Shown here: positions 37,001 through 46,470 of the stretch, in pieces | Layout of the letters: the number at the start of each line of letters is the position of its first letter | Numbering within the stretch: position 1 is the first letter of the stretch | DNA from: a virus | Taxonomy: Duplodnaviria; Caudoviricetes | Length of the DNA stretch: 59,282 nucleotides | Strand: one strand, 5' to 3' | Virus record (IMG/VR): IMGVR_UViG_3300047560_000851 | Location: 1-59,282 of that record | Translations under genes and position numbers: made by a program | The notes under the pieces: model-generated | What the model was told of the DNA's origin: nothing | Seen by the model: only the letters and a program-made list of their open reading frames with translations | Database searches by the model: none

Positions 37001-39931
37001 ATGAAGAGACTTGTTGATGCTTATCGTGCAGCTCTACGCGCCATTGGCTTTGGTCGTTTTGAAGATTTAAAAGCACAAGACATTATCGATTTCGCGTATG
37101 GTGTGGCTAATATGGAGTTGACGGAACCAACCGCTGCTGTAGAAGCTACTGCTACACCCAAGTTCTCCGTATCTCCAGTTGAGAAAACAGCTAAGAAGAT
37201 TTCAGGCTACACAGCCGAATTAGTGGGTGACTTGCCTAAGCCTGTGGGTGACGCAGTACGATACGCAGGTGATTCTGTACATGACATGGCTAAACGCGGT
37301 CTATGGTACTCAATGTTCACTAACGACCTGATTGACTTCGCAGCTAAATACATTCCTTCTGCTCGTGCATGGTATGACAAGATTGCTGCTAAATCAGTTG
37401 ACCAAATCAAACATGAAGCCGAAGTTGACCGTATTGCAGCGATGTCAGACAAACTATCACGCGAAGAATTTACTCGCACATGGCAGCTTATCCTCGACAT
37501 GACATCAAAACAAGTGTGGGGCTATAAACCTGCATGGAAAACTGATGTAACTGTCGACCCTGAAATGGAAGCCAGATACAACGAACTATCAGACGAAGAA
37601 CAAGAACTGATGGATGAAGTGTTCGAGCATGGCGAGAAGACAATTAAAGATGTACAGCGCGTACTAGACGAGATTGCAACTGCAGAATATCAAGCGCTAT
37701 TAGACAACGCTAAGACAGAAGAACAACGTCAAGAAATTCGTGCACAAGAAGCCAAATACAAGAAGATGTTCGGCAAAGTACTTGCTAAACTTGAAGGTCC
37801 TTACGCACCTATGCGCCGTGTTGGTAGCCATGTAGTTGTTGGTAAATCACAGCGATACTTAGATGCACAAGAAGCTAACGATACTGCAGCGATGGAAGAA
37901 ATGCGTACTAATCCAGATCACTACTGGGTTGAATTCGTGGATTCTATGGCGGAAGCTAAACGTATTGCTCGTGACTTATCAGGTAAGTATGCCTCAGTAA
38001 AACCATCAGCGAAGATTAACTTCAGCCAAGGGCAAGGCGTATTACCGTTCCAAGCGTTTGAACAAATTCGCAACATGATTAGCGAAAAAGAAGGTGACTT
38101 TGCATCACGCCTAAATGGTTTGGTGACAGAGCTATACCTAACATCACTCGCAGAAACAAGCTCACGCAAATCAGAATTACGCCGCGAAAATGTTAAGGGT
38201 CTTAACGCGGATACCATGTACAAAGCATTCGTATCTAAAGGCCGTGCTGATGCGCACTATATCGCAACGCTCAAAAACAGTTCTGATGTAGCTAAGTCAT
38301 TCGCTAATATGCGTAAAGAAGCGCTTGATAAAGGCGGTGACGCTGCTGATATTTTCATCGAGCTATCAAAACGCTACATGAATTCAATCGAGTTCAATCC
38401 AGCACCTGTAGTAAGTAAGATTATGGGTTTCAATACCATCTGGTCATTGCTCACTAAGCCAGCGTATTACTTGTATAACGCGACACAACCTGTGCTGATG
38501 ACTCAACCGTTCTTGTCACAGAAGCATGGCTATACCAAGTCAGGCAAGGCAATGACTCAAGCGTATAAAGAACTCGCAGGCATTAAGTCTTACATCAAGA
38601 ACCCAATGCTTAACGTGAACGATATGCCAGAAGATGTACGTCGTGCGCTTCATGACTTGATGGATGCAGGTAAGCTAGACATTACTATTACGCAAGATTT
38701 GGGCACTCGTATTGAAGCAGGGCAAGGCAAACTATCACGCGGTATGGCAAAGGTTGACCGTATGCTCCGCAACGCGGCCCAGAAAGTTGAGACTACTAAC
38801 CGTTTAGTGACAGCAATTGCTGCGTATCGCTTGGCTATGGATACAGAAGGTATGTCACATGAAAATGCAGTTAAGTATGCAGCTCGTGCGATTGACCAAA
38901 CTCAAGGCGATTACAGCAACTTAAATGCTCCACGCTTATTCAACGCTACGTCATTCCAACGCTTGGTATCTCAGTTCCGTAAGTTCCAGCTTATCCAGAT
39001 TTCATTCATTGTGCGTATGTTTAAAGACGCTATGGTTGGTGCCTCACTTGAAGAACGTGCTGCAGCTCGCCGTGCTCTTATGTATGTGCTAGGTCATCAT
39101 GCAGTTCTTGCTGGTGCATTAGGTCTTCCTGCTGCTAACATTATCGCTTGGGCATTTGCTGCATCTGGTGGTGATGACGAGCCTAAAGACTTAGAACTAG
39201 CGATGCGCAAGGCGATTGAAGATCAGTTCCTAGCAGACTTACTCACACGCGGTGTACCTGCTGCAGTATTCAATATCAACGTCTCACAAAACGTGGGCAT
39301 GGGTCAGGCATTTAGCTTGATGCCATTTACTGATATTACGTTTGATCGTGCAGGTTACGGTGAATTCTTACGCGGTATGTCAGGTCCATTTATTGGTGGT
39401 GTGGTTCCACAGATGTGGGAAGCTATGGGTAAGTTTGGCAGTGGTGATTATTACCAAGGTCTTGAAGGTGTTATGCCATCAGGTGCCCGTAATGCACTTC
39501 GTGCCATGAGAGAAGGTGTATCTGGTGTTACTAACACCCGTGGCGATGAGCTTGTATCTCCAGAAGAGATTTCGATGGGTGCAACATTCGCTAAACTCTT
39601 AGGCTTTAAGACAAATGATGATGCAAACCGTCAGATGATTCGTGGTAGACTAGCGGAATTCGAGCAGTTCTATCAAGACCGCACTTCACAACTGAAGAAG
39701 CAGTATGCTAAGGCGTACCGTGATGGCGATACAGAAGGTATGGTGGAAGCCCGTGACCATTGGCAAGAGATGAACGCGTCTAAATCAGAACTTGGGTTCA
39801 AGACACAGCCTATCAGTAACCTACTTAAAGCGCCTATGGAAGAAAGAAAACGTGAACGTGCCACAATCGGCGGTGTTCAGGTAACTAAAGCGAATAAACG
39901 ATTTGTTCAATCTCTAACAGAGGAGGAATAG
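34031..39931 (+). CDS. Large internal virion / DNA-ejection protein
   Basis: 1966 aa; VLMHELGVH zincin-like motif, YAPMRRVG, TQGDYS..NAPR; last large gene of the structural arm. Confidence 0.8.
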   Translation: MPSINDIRKANPGVYGGLTDFEIVDRLSQLTGRHPDAIGYDLGVAPRNAPGAITAFKGSMGGIAEGVGQLAGDITGGALRDNALERYGREVQQRNPMDITEGASESALANLGTNLMERPGNVVGQVIGGSIGYITPGGVAKAGLGAYRGLRGIQALEAASTATRAAKATGTAAYFGLPSYAQIRTEQEKQGQNELSDILKAGIASTAVGGIETIAGPEAMLARGGVKGLGDAGKTFLRTGLKQGAMEAGEELMQNPIENWAMGQNPFSRENIDQTLAGAAAGFVGGGVMGSAMHPLMRKADEQVRTNLESRNSVDILNEQPRTNISQAQDRINSGRNLPQLGLETQPVLTVTPTGDVLTTPEQIDAWGQFGKNQKQVGVSDGEAVLVKPLSIDEAKTRKDIRLALDREFAQGNISEDQHIEATNVVDTRGKWNLSKVKENIRGIIKPADEVAVAEDQPTLAKSVKTGEGLDLAAQKTQPVGIARDATPDEVVRYKDKMAGMLRQALTEKQFQALQLTRGIRNFEDSGWKIDPETGEEMVPMSATVAGRMSNSSRQNANEHANKGLTRLHKRAFELGIPADAAERILGIQGEQAIDVGTMSEAQAAQAGLSYRREQGAPISAMSESEDLDTTAENFQPETYIAPEVGFTAPEAVMAEQAQTEGFEAPAQAAEVETPVEETVGYEQDFDLSANDYEDAKDVWEMLQAELAKNGQAVPNWEDVSAADFQKFAAATKYHLNNPQGAASMAAITKAQEAAYGTTTQPSTAGQVGTAAETKAGEPNVGNRQEAKPTTRREKPTESTASVKRSQAERPENPANAVSMKAKLKRLFFSPAKFDELITIVQNTNELPLNAVRAAKLSADDTTAQAFVWRGHVYMIADNIAQGDELAVLMHELGVHIGVMNALDIKTIRDLAGQIVEWNRNDNGSVEFQAARNAMARLTSYKKGLEEQGETIEDDLYAEEAVAYFVEEAVKLGVNPTAIGEAKAGTIQSWMKRLVDAYRAALRAIGFGRFEDLKAQDIIDFAYGVANMELTEPTAAVEATATPKFSVSPVEKTAKKISGYTAELVGDLPKPVGDAVRYAGDSVHDMAKRGLWYSMFTNDLIDFAAKYIPSARAWYDKIAAKSVDQIKHEAEVDRIAAMSDKLSREEFTRTWQLILDMTSKQVWGYKPAWKTDVTVDPEMEARYNELSDEEQELMDEVFEHGEKTIKDVQRVLDEIATAEYQALLDNAKTEEQRQEIRAQEAKYKKMFGKVLAKLEGPYAPMRRVGSHVVVGKSQRYLDAQEANDTAAMEEMRTNPDHYWVEFVDSMAEAKRIARDLSGKYASVKPSAKINFSQGQGVLPFQAFEQIRNMISEKEGDFASRLNGLVTELYLTSLAETSSRKSELRRENVKGLNADTMYKAFVSKGRADAHYIATLKNSSDVAKSFANMRKEALDKGGDAADIFIELSKRYMNSIEFNPAPVVSKIMGFNTIWSLLTKPAYYLYNATQPVLMTQPFLSQKHGYTKSGKAMTQAYKELAGIKSYIKNPMLNVNDMPEDVRRALHDLMDAGKLDITITQDLGTRIEAGQGKLSRGMAKVDRMLRNAAQKVETTNRLVTAIAAYRLAMDTEGMSHENAVKYAARAIDQTQGDYSNLNAPRLFNATSFQRLVSQFRKFQLIQISFIVRMFKDAMVGASLEERAAARRALMYVLGHHAVLAGALGLPAANIIAWAFAASGGDDEPKDLELAMRKAIEDQFLADLLTRGVPAAVFNINVSQNVGMGQAFSLMPFTDITFDRAGYGEFLRGMSGPFIGGVVPQMWEAMGKFGSGDYYQGLEGVMPSGARNALRAMREGVSGVTNTRGDELVSPEEISMGATFAKLLGFKTNDDANRQMIRGRLAEFEQFYQDRTSQLKKQYAKAYRDGDTEGMVEARDHWQEMNASKSELGFKTQPISNLLKAPMEERKRERATIGGVQVTKANKRFVQSLTEEE

Positions 39932-39935
39932 TACA

Positions 39936-40047
39936 ATGGCTAAATCCCCAGCTTGGCAACGTAGTGAAGAAAAAGCTAACCAGCGATAAAACAGCAAAAG
40001 ATCCAGATAGTCGTATTAATAAATCATTAAGAGCATGGAAGTGCTAA
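39936..40047 (+). pseudogene. Internally deleted remnant of a small conserved phage gene (MAKSPAWQR...SRINKSLRAWKC, DUF6321-like)
   Basis: N-terminus MAKSPAWQRSE and C-terminus KKKLTSDKTAKDPDSRINKSLRAWKC are in different frames and the middle is missing. Confidence 0.65.
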
Positions 40048-40067
40048 ACAATTAAGGAGTAATAAGC

Positions 40068-40361
40068 ATGGCAGATCCAACCGGAGTTAAGGCAGTACAC
40101 GTATCAGCAACAGGCACAGCAGTGGCGGCGCCAGCAGGTTTATATGTTAAAGGGTATCAATCTCTATCAGGCGGTACGGCAGGTGATATTATTATTCGTG
40201 ATGGCGGTGCTTCAGGTACAACGCGTTTACAATTTAACATTCCAGCAAATACAAATAACCCGTTCTTCGGTTTAGTCCCCGGTGCAGGTATTATGTTTGA
40301 TACCGACATTCACGTGACATTACCAACCGGTGCATCGATTACGTTATTCTACGGTAAATAA
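40068..40361 (+). CDS. Small virion-associated protein
   Basis: RBS AAGGAG; DGGASG...PG.GI.F.TDIHV...T.FYG. Confidence 0.7.
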   Translation: MADPTGVKAVHVSATGTAVAAPAGLYVKGYQSLSGGTAGDIIIRDGGASGTTRLQFNIPANTNNPFFGLVPGAGIMFDTDIHVTLPTGASITLFYGK

Positions 40362-40790
40362 TTGACCAAACCCGCTAGAGCAATCTGCGGGCATGCCGCG
40401 GAGCACTTTGTATGTTATGACCTCGCTAGGCGGGGTCTTTCCGCTGTTAGTAATCCATTTGAAGGCGCACCTTACGACATCATCGCCGACTATAAAGGCA
40501 GGCTACTCCGCATACAGGTCAAAGGAACGGATGAGGCATACATCGCGGATAGGGTGCAAGGCAAGAAGAAGTGGACTGTCAACGCTTACCAATATCATGT
40601 GAAGAAATCACAGCTTGAAGTAAGTGACATTGTGGCTTTTGTGGCTTTAGATATTGCGAAGGTAATCTACCGCACTCCAGCTGACTTAGTTAATAACGCC
40701 ACAGGTATTCAGTTTACCCCTGATGTTATGCAGGCTGGGTGCGATAAATCTCTCGTACAACTACTATCTGATTTGGACAACCTTAGCTGA
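40362..40790 (+). CDS. PD-(D/E)XK endonuclease (free-standing, homing-like)
   Basis: G..AEH.V..DL..RG, PYDII.D...RIQVK, DIVAFV. Confidence 0.75.
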   Translation: MTKPARAICGHAAEHFVCYDLARRGLSAVSNPFEGAPYDIIADYKGRLLRIQVKGTDEAYIADRVQGKKKWTVNAYQYHVKKSQLEVSDIVAFVALDIAKVIYRTPADLVNNATGIQFTPDVMQAGCDKSLVQLLSDLDNLS

Positions 40791-43625
40791 TTCATTCGCC
40801 TTATCTGCAGCGTTAATCACGCGATCAAAGACAAACTCAACTACACGCTCTTGAGCAGATGGAAGATTAGTGCCGACTGCCAGTGTAAACTTCTCAGGTG
40901 CATCCGTTTTTAAGAACCCATTATCTTTGAGTTGCTTACGGAACACACGAGGAGCCACCGCATTTTTCACACACCATTCATCCATCGCCCTCGAGGACAC
41001 AATCACACGCTTGGCTGTATGGGCGATACGTGCCTTAACATCACCAAACAATCTGTATGACTCCATCGGTGTTTCCACAACTGAACGGCTTACATCTTTT
41101 GTTGCTAAGATATGTCCGCTCAAGAAGCCGAAGAACGCAGCTAACTGCTCTTCCACACCATATGTATTTTCTGAACGCATCATACGCATTTCCATAATGT
41201 GGTTCATCGCCCACTCGGTTACGCGCTTCAAGTCAAATCTGATGTAGTTCATGTTTTTCAGTAGGATACCACCGACGTATGCTGTCGCGATCAAGTCAAT
41301 AAAGAAACGCTCACGGGTATCATATGTTGCAGACTCATAGCCTAGCTTAGAACGCATCTTGAGGAATGCCTCACGTAGTCTAGCTTTTTCTGGTGCTGCA
41401 GCTTTAATGAACTGACGACCAATCTCACCATAATGTTCTTGTAGCAAGTTAAGCATCTCAGGTACGTTAATACCATCAAACAGCTTACCGTGGTCTGTGG
41501 TGACAGAAATTTCAAAGATACGTACCGCACTCGCATCTGCTCGTTGTTTCTCAAGCTGGTGCATAGACTCGGTGATGTTGGTGTTACCCGTAATCAAGCT
41601 AATTAACTTCCATGAATGTCTGATTGCAGACATATTACCCTTCTGGTCAGCACGGTCACGACCGCCACCATTGGACAGCGCATACAGCTTATCAGAAACT
41701 TGTGCTGGGTCTCGACCAGTTAATTCATCTAGTACGCAAGGCAAGTTGTGCATACAGCCAACGAATGGGTCAAATGCGTTCATTGTAGAGTTCTTGGTAT
41801 CGAATACGAAACTCTTACCGCGACCATAGATGGAGCATGCTGCCATGCCTACAGACGTCTTACCTTGACCACCTTCGCCCGTCATCGCGACAGGGATACC
41901 GTTCCAGTTATCTACATCAAATAGCGCCACAAGTGGTGATACCATCAATGCTAACGCAGTAAACTGATAAGCCTCAGCACCTGGACGATTGTAGATGTCG
42001 TTGAATATGTCAGCCCATTTTGCTGGTGAACCACTAGATACAAAGTTAGCAAAGTCTGTATCGAGACGACTACCTGCGGTGATGTTCGTTGCACGGATAA
42101 CTTGGTTTTCTACACCATCTGCGGTCATCAATCTGTCGCCAAATAAGAATGACGTATAGTTATCATGCCAGCCGTAGTGTTTGAATGTATTGATTTCTAC
42201 ACCGTTCTGCTTGAACTTCTCTAACCAAGCCTGTGTGTAAGACATAGCGCTGTTACCTAATCCTTTCTTGCTCTGCACGATAATCTCATAACTAGCTAAC
42301 GCTGCAGAAAAACCATCGGCTGATGCCAGTAACTTAGTAGGGATTTCAAACTGGCGCCACTTGTTCTTATTCACCTGCATCGTGTAACGCATCGCGAACG
42401 TACCGTCTTCTAATTGCACCCGTGTTGTTGGGTAGAACAATGTATCGCAAAATGGCTCCCATGCAGGAATACCATCGGCATCTTTTACTAGACGGGATAA
42501 CTTACCTGTTGCTTGGTTCCACTCGTAACCTTTAGGCCAATAGTGTGCGTAGTCAATCTTCTCAACTGAAACTTCTTCTGGCTGAACTAGTTCAGGAGCC
42601 TTAGCCTCTGCTGTGTATCCGAGCTGGATAGGAGATGTGACCTTACCTTTAAACTTACAGTTCGCACATAGGTGTGGGTTAGTCGCCTCAAACGTAGCGC
42701 ACGTCGTAGGTCCTGTCTGCCATCCGTCAATTTTGTTCTGTGTTTCTGCAGCATCATATCTTAGGTCTCCTTTACTCCACTCGTGGCAGAGGTCGTTACC
42801 TTCTACTGAATGTTTGATTACACCAATTGCATTACGCCATTCAGGCTCAGGGATTGAACCTTTCATGTCACGCATACGACCAATCTGCTGACACATACTT
42901 GCCATGATGACTGCTGATGATGGTGGATATTCCTGTTTCTCTGTTAAGCGTTCTACTTCAAAGATTGGGAACTGTTTGCGTTGCGGTGTGCTTAGGCTGT
43001 TCTCTCCAAGGTACTTATCAATCCCCGCCATAACGTCTGTGAACGGAGTTGGTATACCTTGTCTGATTAGACGTACAGTACGGTCGCCGTTCTTGCGCCA
43101 TGTAGAACCTACAGGTCTAAGGATTGAGGCTTGGTCTGTTGTACGTGCAGGGTCATGTTTAAACCCTAATGAGTCGAGTGCCGTTCTGAATCTAGCAACG
43201 CTTGCTTTCCATACAGAAATGTCGATCGCGTCTGTGAATACCCAGTAGCAATGTAGCCCACGACCTGATGAAACCATAGTAGGCATCTTGAGGCCGAGCT
43301 TACCGCATACTGAACCGAGTTCCATAGCGGCTTCTTTTTGAGTTTGGTATGAATCTGCCTTACCTACGTCAATATCCAGCCAGAAGCATTTAGCTGCTTT
43401 TACATTATTCTGTTTGCGGTTCTGGTCTGTTAAGTATGTAGCACATGCATGGTAGACTTCACTACCCTTGGCATCCATCTCTAGTGCAGCGTCTGCTGCT
43501 TCTTCAAAATCTGTGTAGAAGTGATGGACTATGTACTTAGAGCCATCTTGATTTGTTTTAAACTCTGCGAGGACGATGTATCCTTCGGCTGGAAGTATCT
43601 CTTCCAGAAATGATTTTGTGTCCAT
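40764..43625 (-). CDS. Primase-helicase (AEP primase, DUF927-like domain, P-loop)
   Basis: WLDID, SSGRGLHCYW, D.ASILRP, C..C, GEGGQGKT, LDELT; ATG at 43625. Confidence 0.88.
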   Translation of the reverse strand: MDTKSFLEEILPAEGYIVLAEFKTNQDGSKYIVHHFYTDFEEAADAALEMDAKGSEVYHACATYLTDQNRKQNNVKAAKCFWLDIDVGKADSYQTQKEAAMELGSVCGKLGLKMPTMVSSGRGLHCYWVFTDAIDISVWKASVARFRTALDSLGFKHDPARTTDQASILRPVGSTWRKNGDRTVRLIRQGIPTPFTDVMAGIDKYLGENSLSTPQRKQFPIFEVERLTEKQEYPPSSAVIMASMCQQIGRMRDMKGSIPEPEWRNAIGVIKHSVEGNDLCHEWSKGDLRYDAAETQNKIDGWQTGPTTCATFEATNPHLCANCKFKGKVTSPIQLGYTAEAKAPELVQPEEVSVEKIDYAHYWPKGYEWNQATGKLSRLVKDADGIPAWEPFCDTLFYPTTRVQLEDGTFAMRYTMQVNKNKWRQFEIPTKLLASADGFSAALASYEIIVQSKKGLGNSAMSYTQAWLEKFKQNGVEINTFKHYGWHDNYTSFLFGDRLMTADGVENQVIRATNITAGSRLDTDFANFVSSGSPAKWADIFNDIYNRPGAEAYQFTALALMVSPLVALFDVDNWNGIPVAMTGEGGQGKTSVGMAACSIYGRGKSFVFDTKNSTMNAFDPFVGCMHNLPCVLDELTGRDPAQVSDKLYALSNGGGRDRADQKGNMSAIRHSWKLISLITGNTNITESMHQLEKQRADASAVRIFEISVTTDHGKLFDGINVPEMLNLLQEHYGEIGRQFIKAAAPEKARLREAFLKMRSKLGYESATYDTRERFFIDLIATAYVGGILLKNMNYIRFDLKRVTEWAMNHIMEMRMMRSENTYGVEEQLAAFFGFLSGHILATKDVSRSVVETPMESYRLFGDVKARIAHTAKRVIVSSRAMDEWCVKNAVAPRVFRKQLKDNGFLKTDAPEKFTLAVGTNLPSAQERVVEFVFDRVINAADKANESAKVVQIR

Positions 43626-43651
43626 TAAAACCCCCACGTTTAGGACTTGTT

Positions 43652-43680
43652 ATTCTACGCTTACCGCTACTGATAAACAA
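43652..43680 (-). promoter_or_regulatory. sigma70-like promoter for the primase
   Basis: TTGTTT-17 nt-TAGAAT. Confidence 0.55.
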
Positions 43681-43977
43681 CTAAGTTTTTGCTAAATTCA
43701 ACTGCTTTCCTACGGCACCTAATATCAGGCGCTTTCGTTCAGCCCTTGGGGTTCCTAGCTTGAGGGGTAAATCTCCTGCATTAACAGCAGCTTGTACTAA
43801 AGACAATACCTTATCGACTCGCATATATAACTTCTCGTTAGGTTTTGCGCCGTTAATCCAAGCGTAAACAGCAGCGCGTGTCAGGGTTCGGACATTATCA
43901 TCTTTGTCCTTATACCTAATAAGCATTGCCAGTTCTGCGGCTGATATGTCCGCTTTTTGTATGATTGAAAAATCCAT
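43681..43977 (-). CDS. HTH-like DNA-binding protein
   Basis: ISAAELA...TRAAVYAWING..P. Confidence 0.6.
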   Translation of the reverse strand: MDFSIIQKADISAAELAMLIRYKDKDDNVRTLTRAAVYAWINGAKPNEKLYMRVDKVLSLVQAAVNAGDLPLKLGTPRAERKRLILGAVGKQLNLAKT

Positions 43978-44059
43978 CTCTCAACTCCAGAAAAAGTGCT
44001 GGTTACGTTTATCCAGCGTCAGAGGGCGTATGTTGCCATGACCGATTCTCGCGGGGGTT

Positions 44060-44356
44060 CTATGCCTCGAAGTCACCAGTGAAGAGACCTTGAGCTGCGT
44101 ATGCTGCTTTCACAGTATCGATTACATGATTACATGCAACCTTTATCAACTCTTGGTGCCCTAGTACATCTAGCTGCTGCGCTGCAATAATTCTACCTAA
44201 CGCTTCAGCAAAACCGATGATGGCTTCGGGAGCTTCCAAATTCTTAACCTTCTTGGACGCAGCTTCTGTTGTGACTTTCACCACCTTCATGACTCTGCGT
44301 TTATCCAAGGTTATCTCATCTGGATTTTCCTGCTCAATAATCTCGTTAGTCATCAA
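44060..44356 (-). CDS. Hypothetical protein
   Basis: 98-aa in-operon ORF. Confidence 0.65.
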   Translation of the reverse strand: MMTNEIIEQENPDEITLDKRRVMKVVKVTTEAASKKVKNLEAPEAIIGFAEALGRIIAAQQLDVLGHQELIKVACNHVIDTVKAAYAAQGLFTGDFEA

Positions 44357-45296
44357 AGTCCAACCCTGCCATTACATCAGCAATCTCTGACTCTAATGCA
44401 CCTGTTGTTTCCTTTACTTGCGGTGCAGGTGCCGTTGCTACAGGAATAGGTTGAGGTGCAGGTGCAGGTGCAGGTGCAGGTGCAGGTGCAGGTGCAGGTG
44501 CCGTTGCTACAGGAATTGGCTGTGCTACTGGTTGAGCTACTGGCGCAGCAATCGCTGGCGTTGACTCTGGTGCAAATGACTCTTCGCGTGGTACCGCAGC
44601 TAGACCTACGATTTGTTGGATTACGTCAGTTTGAGCAATCTCGGCTACTTGTGCTGCTGTCGCCTCATCCACTAAACCAATCGCTTTGAATGTCAACGCT
44701 GGGTGGGCTACTGTGTAATCGAAACCAATCTTAGTTGCAACCAATTGATATGGCACGTTACGTTTAACCAATGAATCACCGTATGCATCTAGTGCTTTAA
44801 GTGACGCAGCTGGTACACGAATTAACATAGGGTCGTTAATCATACCGATAGGTGCTACTGCTAGACGTTGTGAGTCTGAACATGCTTTACCCTTAGCGCC
44901 GTTTTCTGTAACGCGTGAACCCCATTGGTTATGGGCACATGTCGCACACTTCTTAGCTTGTGGGCTCTCTGAGTCTGGCTCTGGAGTAAGGCCGTTGTTA
45001 GAGTAGCATGTTGGCTTTGCGTCTGAACCTTCTGTATATCCTGTTGCGTAGAATACTTTAGAGCGGTGTGGGTTACGACCAACGATTACTACTTCAATGC
45101 TTGACGCTGGTTCGCCATCTTCACCTGGCTTTGTGATTAACTCACGGCTGTCGCCTTGTGTCTTGGTGAATACTTTACCCTTGATACTGATAACAGGGAA
45201 ACCGCCAGTAGGCGCAGAGCCCAGACGTTCTACTTGGAATAAGTTACCGATGTTAGCTGGTAACGTTGCTGCTTCAAATGGAATAATTTGTGACAT
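44346..45296 (-). CDS. Putative ssDNA-binding/annealing protein
   Basis: ISIKGK, P.CYS.NG, C..C..NQWGS, GKAC...RLAV; Pro-Ala linker; acidic C-terminus DFDD; replication module. Confidence 0.65.
   Translation of the reverse strand: MSQIIPFEAATLPANIGNLFQVERLGSAPTGGFPVISIKGKVFTKTQGDSRELITKPGEDGEPASSIEVVIVGRNPHRSKVFYATGYTEGSDAKPTCYSNNGLTPEPDSESPQAKKCATCAHNQWGSRVTENGAKGKACSDSQRLAVAPIGMINDPMLIRVPAASLKALDAYGDSLVKRNVPYQLVATKIGFDYTVAHPALTFKAIGLVDEATAAQVAEIAQTDVIQQIVGLAAVPREESFAPESTPAIAAPVAQPVAQPIPVATAPAPAPAPAPAPAPAPQPIPVATAPAPQVKETTGALESEIADVMAGLDFDD
44455..44501. repeat. (GGTGCA)7+ microsatellite encoding (AP)n
   Basis: Seven perfect hexamers plus a partial copy. Confidence 0.9.
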
Positions 45297-45305
45297 AACT
45301 TTCTC

Positions 45306-45572
45306 CTAATGAGTTGTATCTACTGATAAATCGTACCCATACTCTTTCATCAAACTGATAAATTCGGCATGGATTTGGTTAGCTAACATAAGCGGATATG
45401 TCGTGTCGTCTTCCATCAAGAACATATCTTCTAATCTGTCTAGCATTACTGCAGCGCAAGCAACGAACGCCAAGTCTGGTTCCATTCTTGATGTTACTTC
45501 TGTTACTACGCTACAGGCTTCCTGAAATAACGCCTCTTCCTCTTCTGTGGTAAGAGTATCTCCAGTTCCCAT
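45306..45572 (-). CDS. Hypothetical acidic protein
   Basis: TAATG-coupled ORF. Confidence 0.6.
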   Translation of the reverse strand: MGTGDTLTTEEEEALFQEACSVVTEVTSRMEPDLAFVACAAVMLDRLEDMFLMEDDTTYPLMLANQIHAEFISLMKEYGYDLSVDTTH

Positions 45573-45961
45573 TAACTTCTCCTTACGTTTACTGACATCG
45601 TTTCTGACCAGTTAAGACCTGGTGGGATGTCATCATGCGCTGCTTTATACTGCTGAACAGCCGTTTTGTTTGGTTTAATATCCAAGAACTCCCATGCGCC
45701 GTTAGGCACAACCCAGTTATGGAAGAACGCTTCCTTGTCTGCTGTCGTTACGGATAGTTTGGATGTCTTGTACGCAGTACCAAATTCTGTCTTGATACTA
45801 TCAACGCCTGACTCATTGAACTCTTTGAGTAAGTACGCTTCAATCTTTTCTTGCTTTTCCTTATCAGCTGCATCCGCTGCCTCGTATTCATTCTTACGCT
45901 GGGCACGTCGGTCACGTAGCTTGATGTAGGTTGCAACAACTTCTGCTTTATTTAACGCCAT
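45572..45961 (-). CDS. Conserved phage replication-module protein
   Basis: YIKLRD coiled coil, S.KT..GT.Y, PPGLN. Confidence 0.75.
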   Translation of the reverse strand: MALNKAEVVATYIKLRDRRAQRKNEYEAADAADKEKQEKIEAYLLKEFNESGVDSIKTEFGTAYKTSKLSVTTADKEAFFHNWVVPNGAWEFLDIKPNKTAVQQYKAAHDDIPPGLNWSETMSVNVRRS

Positions 45962-45989
45962 GAGTCTCTCCTAAAGTCTCTATGTTGTA

Positions 45990-46018
45990 ATACTATACAA
46001 TTGTAAATTATATGTCAA
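45990..46018 (-). promoter_or_regulatory. sigma70 promoter
   Basis: TTGACA-17 nt-TAGTAT; -35 overlaps the HNH stop codon. Confidence 0.65.
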
Positions 46019-46470
46019 CTATTTTGCGAAGCTCTTCTTCCACAGTTCATTGGGGGTGTTGTTAGTGCTCTCTCTATGCTCCATCCGTGTCTATTTACCC
46101 TCTCAAATAGTGTATGCGGTTTGCATCCAACAACCTCAGCCCATTCCGTAACGCATCTAGATACTCCATCAAGAGTCCATACAGTGTTGGCGCTTCTGTT
46201 TCGCTGTTGTTGTTTTCTTGTAGCCCACCTACAATTATCTTTCGAGTACCCTTTAGTATTATCTATTCTGTCGATGGATGTGCCTTCTGGGCGTTCTCCC
46301 ATATCGGCTAAGAATTCAGTGAATGACTCCCATCTAGGATCTAATACAATACCCCTACCTCCATACTTACTAAAGCTCTGGTTGTTGGGGTTAAGACATC
46401 GTTGTTTCATCATGTGCCATGATTTATACGTTGGCGTCGATGTAGTATGGGTTGTATGGTTATGTCGCAT
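46015..46470 (-). CDS. HNH homing endonuclease
   Basis: YKSW..MKQRC.NP, YGGRGI, SIDRIDN..GY...NCRWAT. Confidence 0.9.
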   Translation of the reverse strand: MRHNHTTHTTSTPTYKSWHMMKQRCLNPNNQSFSKYGGRGIVLDPRWESFTEFLADMGERPEGTSIDRIDNTKGYSKDNCRWATRKQQQRNRSANTVWTLDGVSRCVTEWAEVVGCKPHTLFERVNRHGWSIERALTTPPMNCGRRASQNS

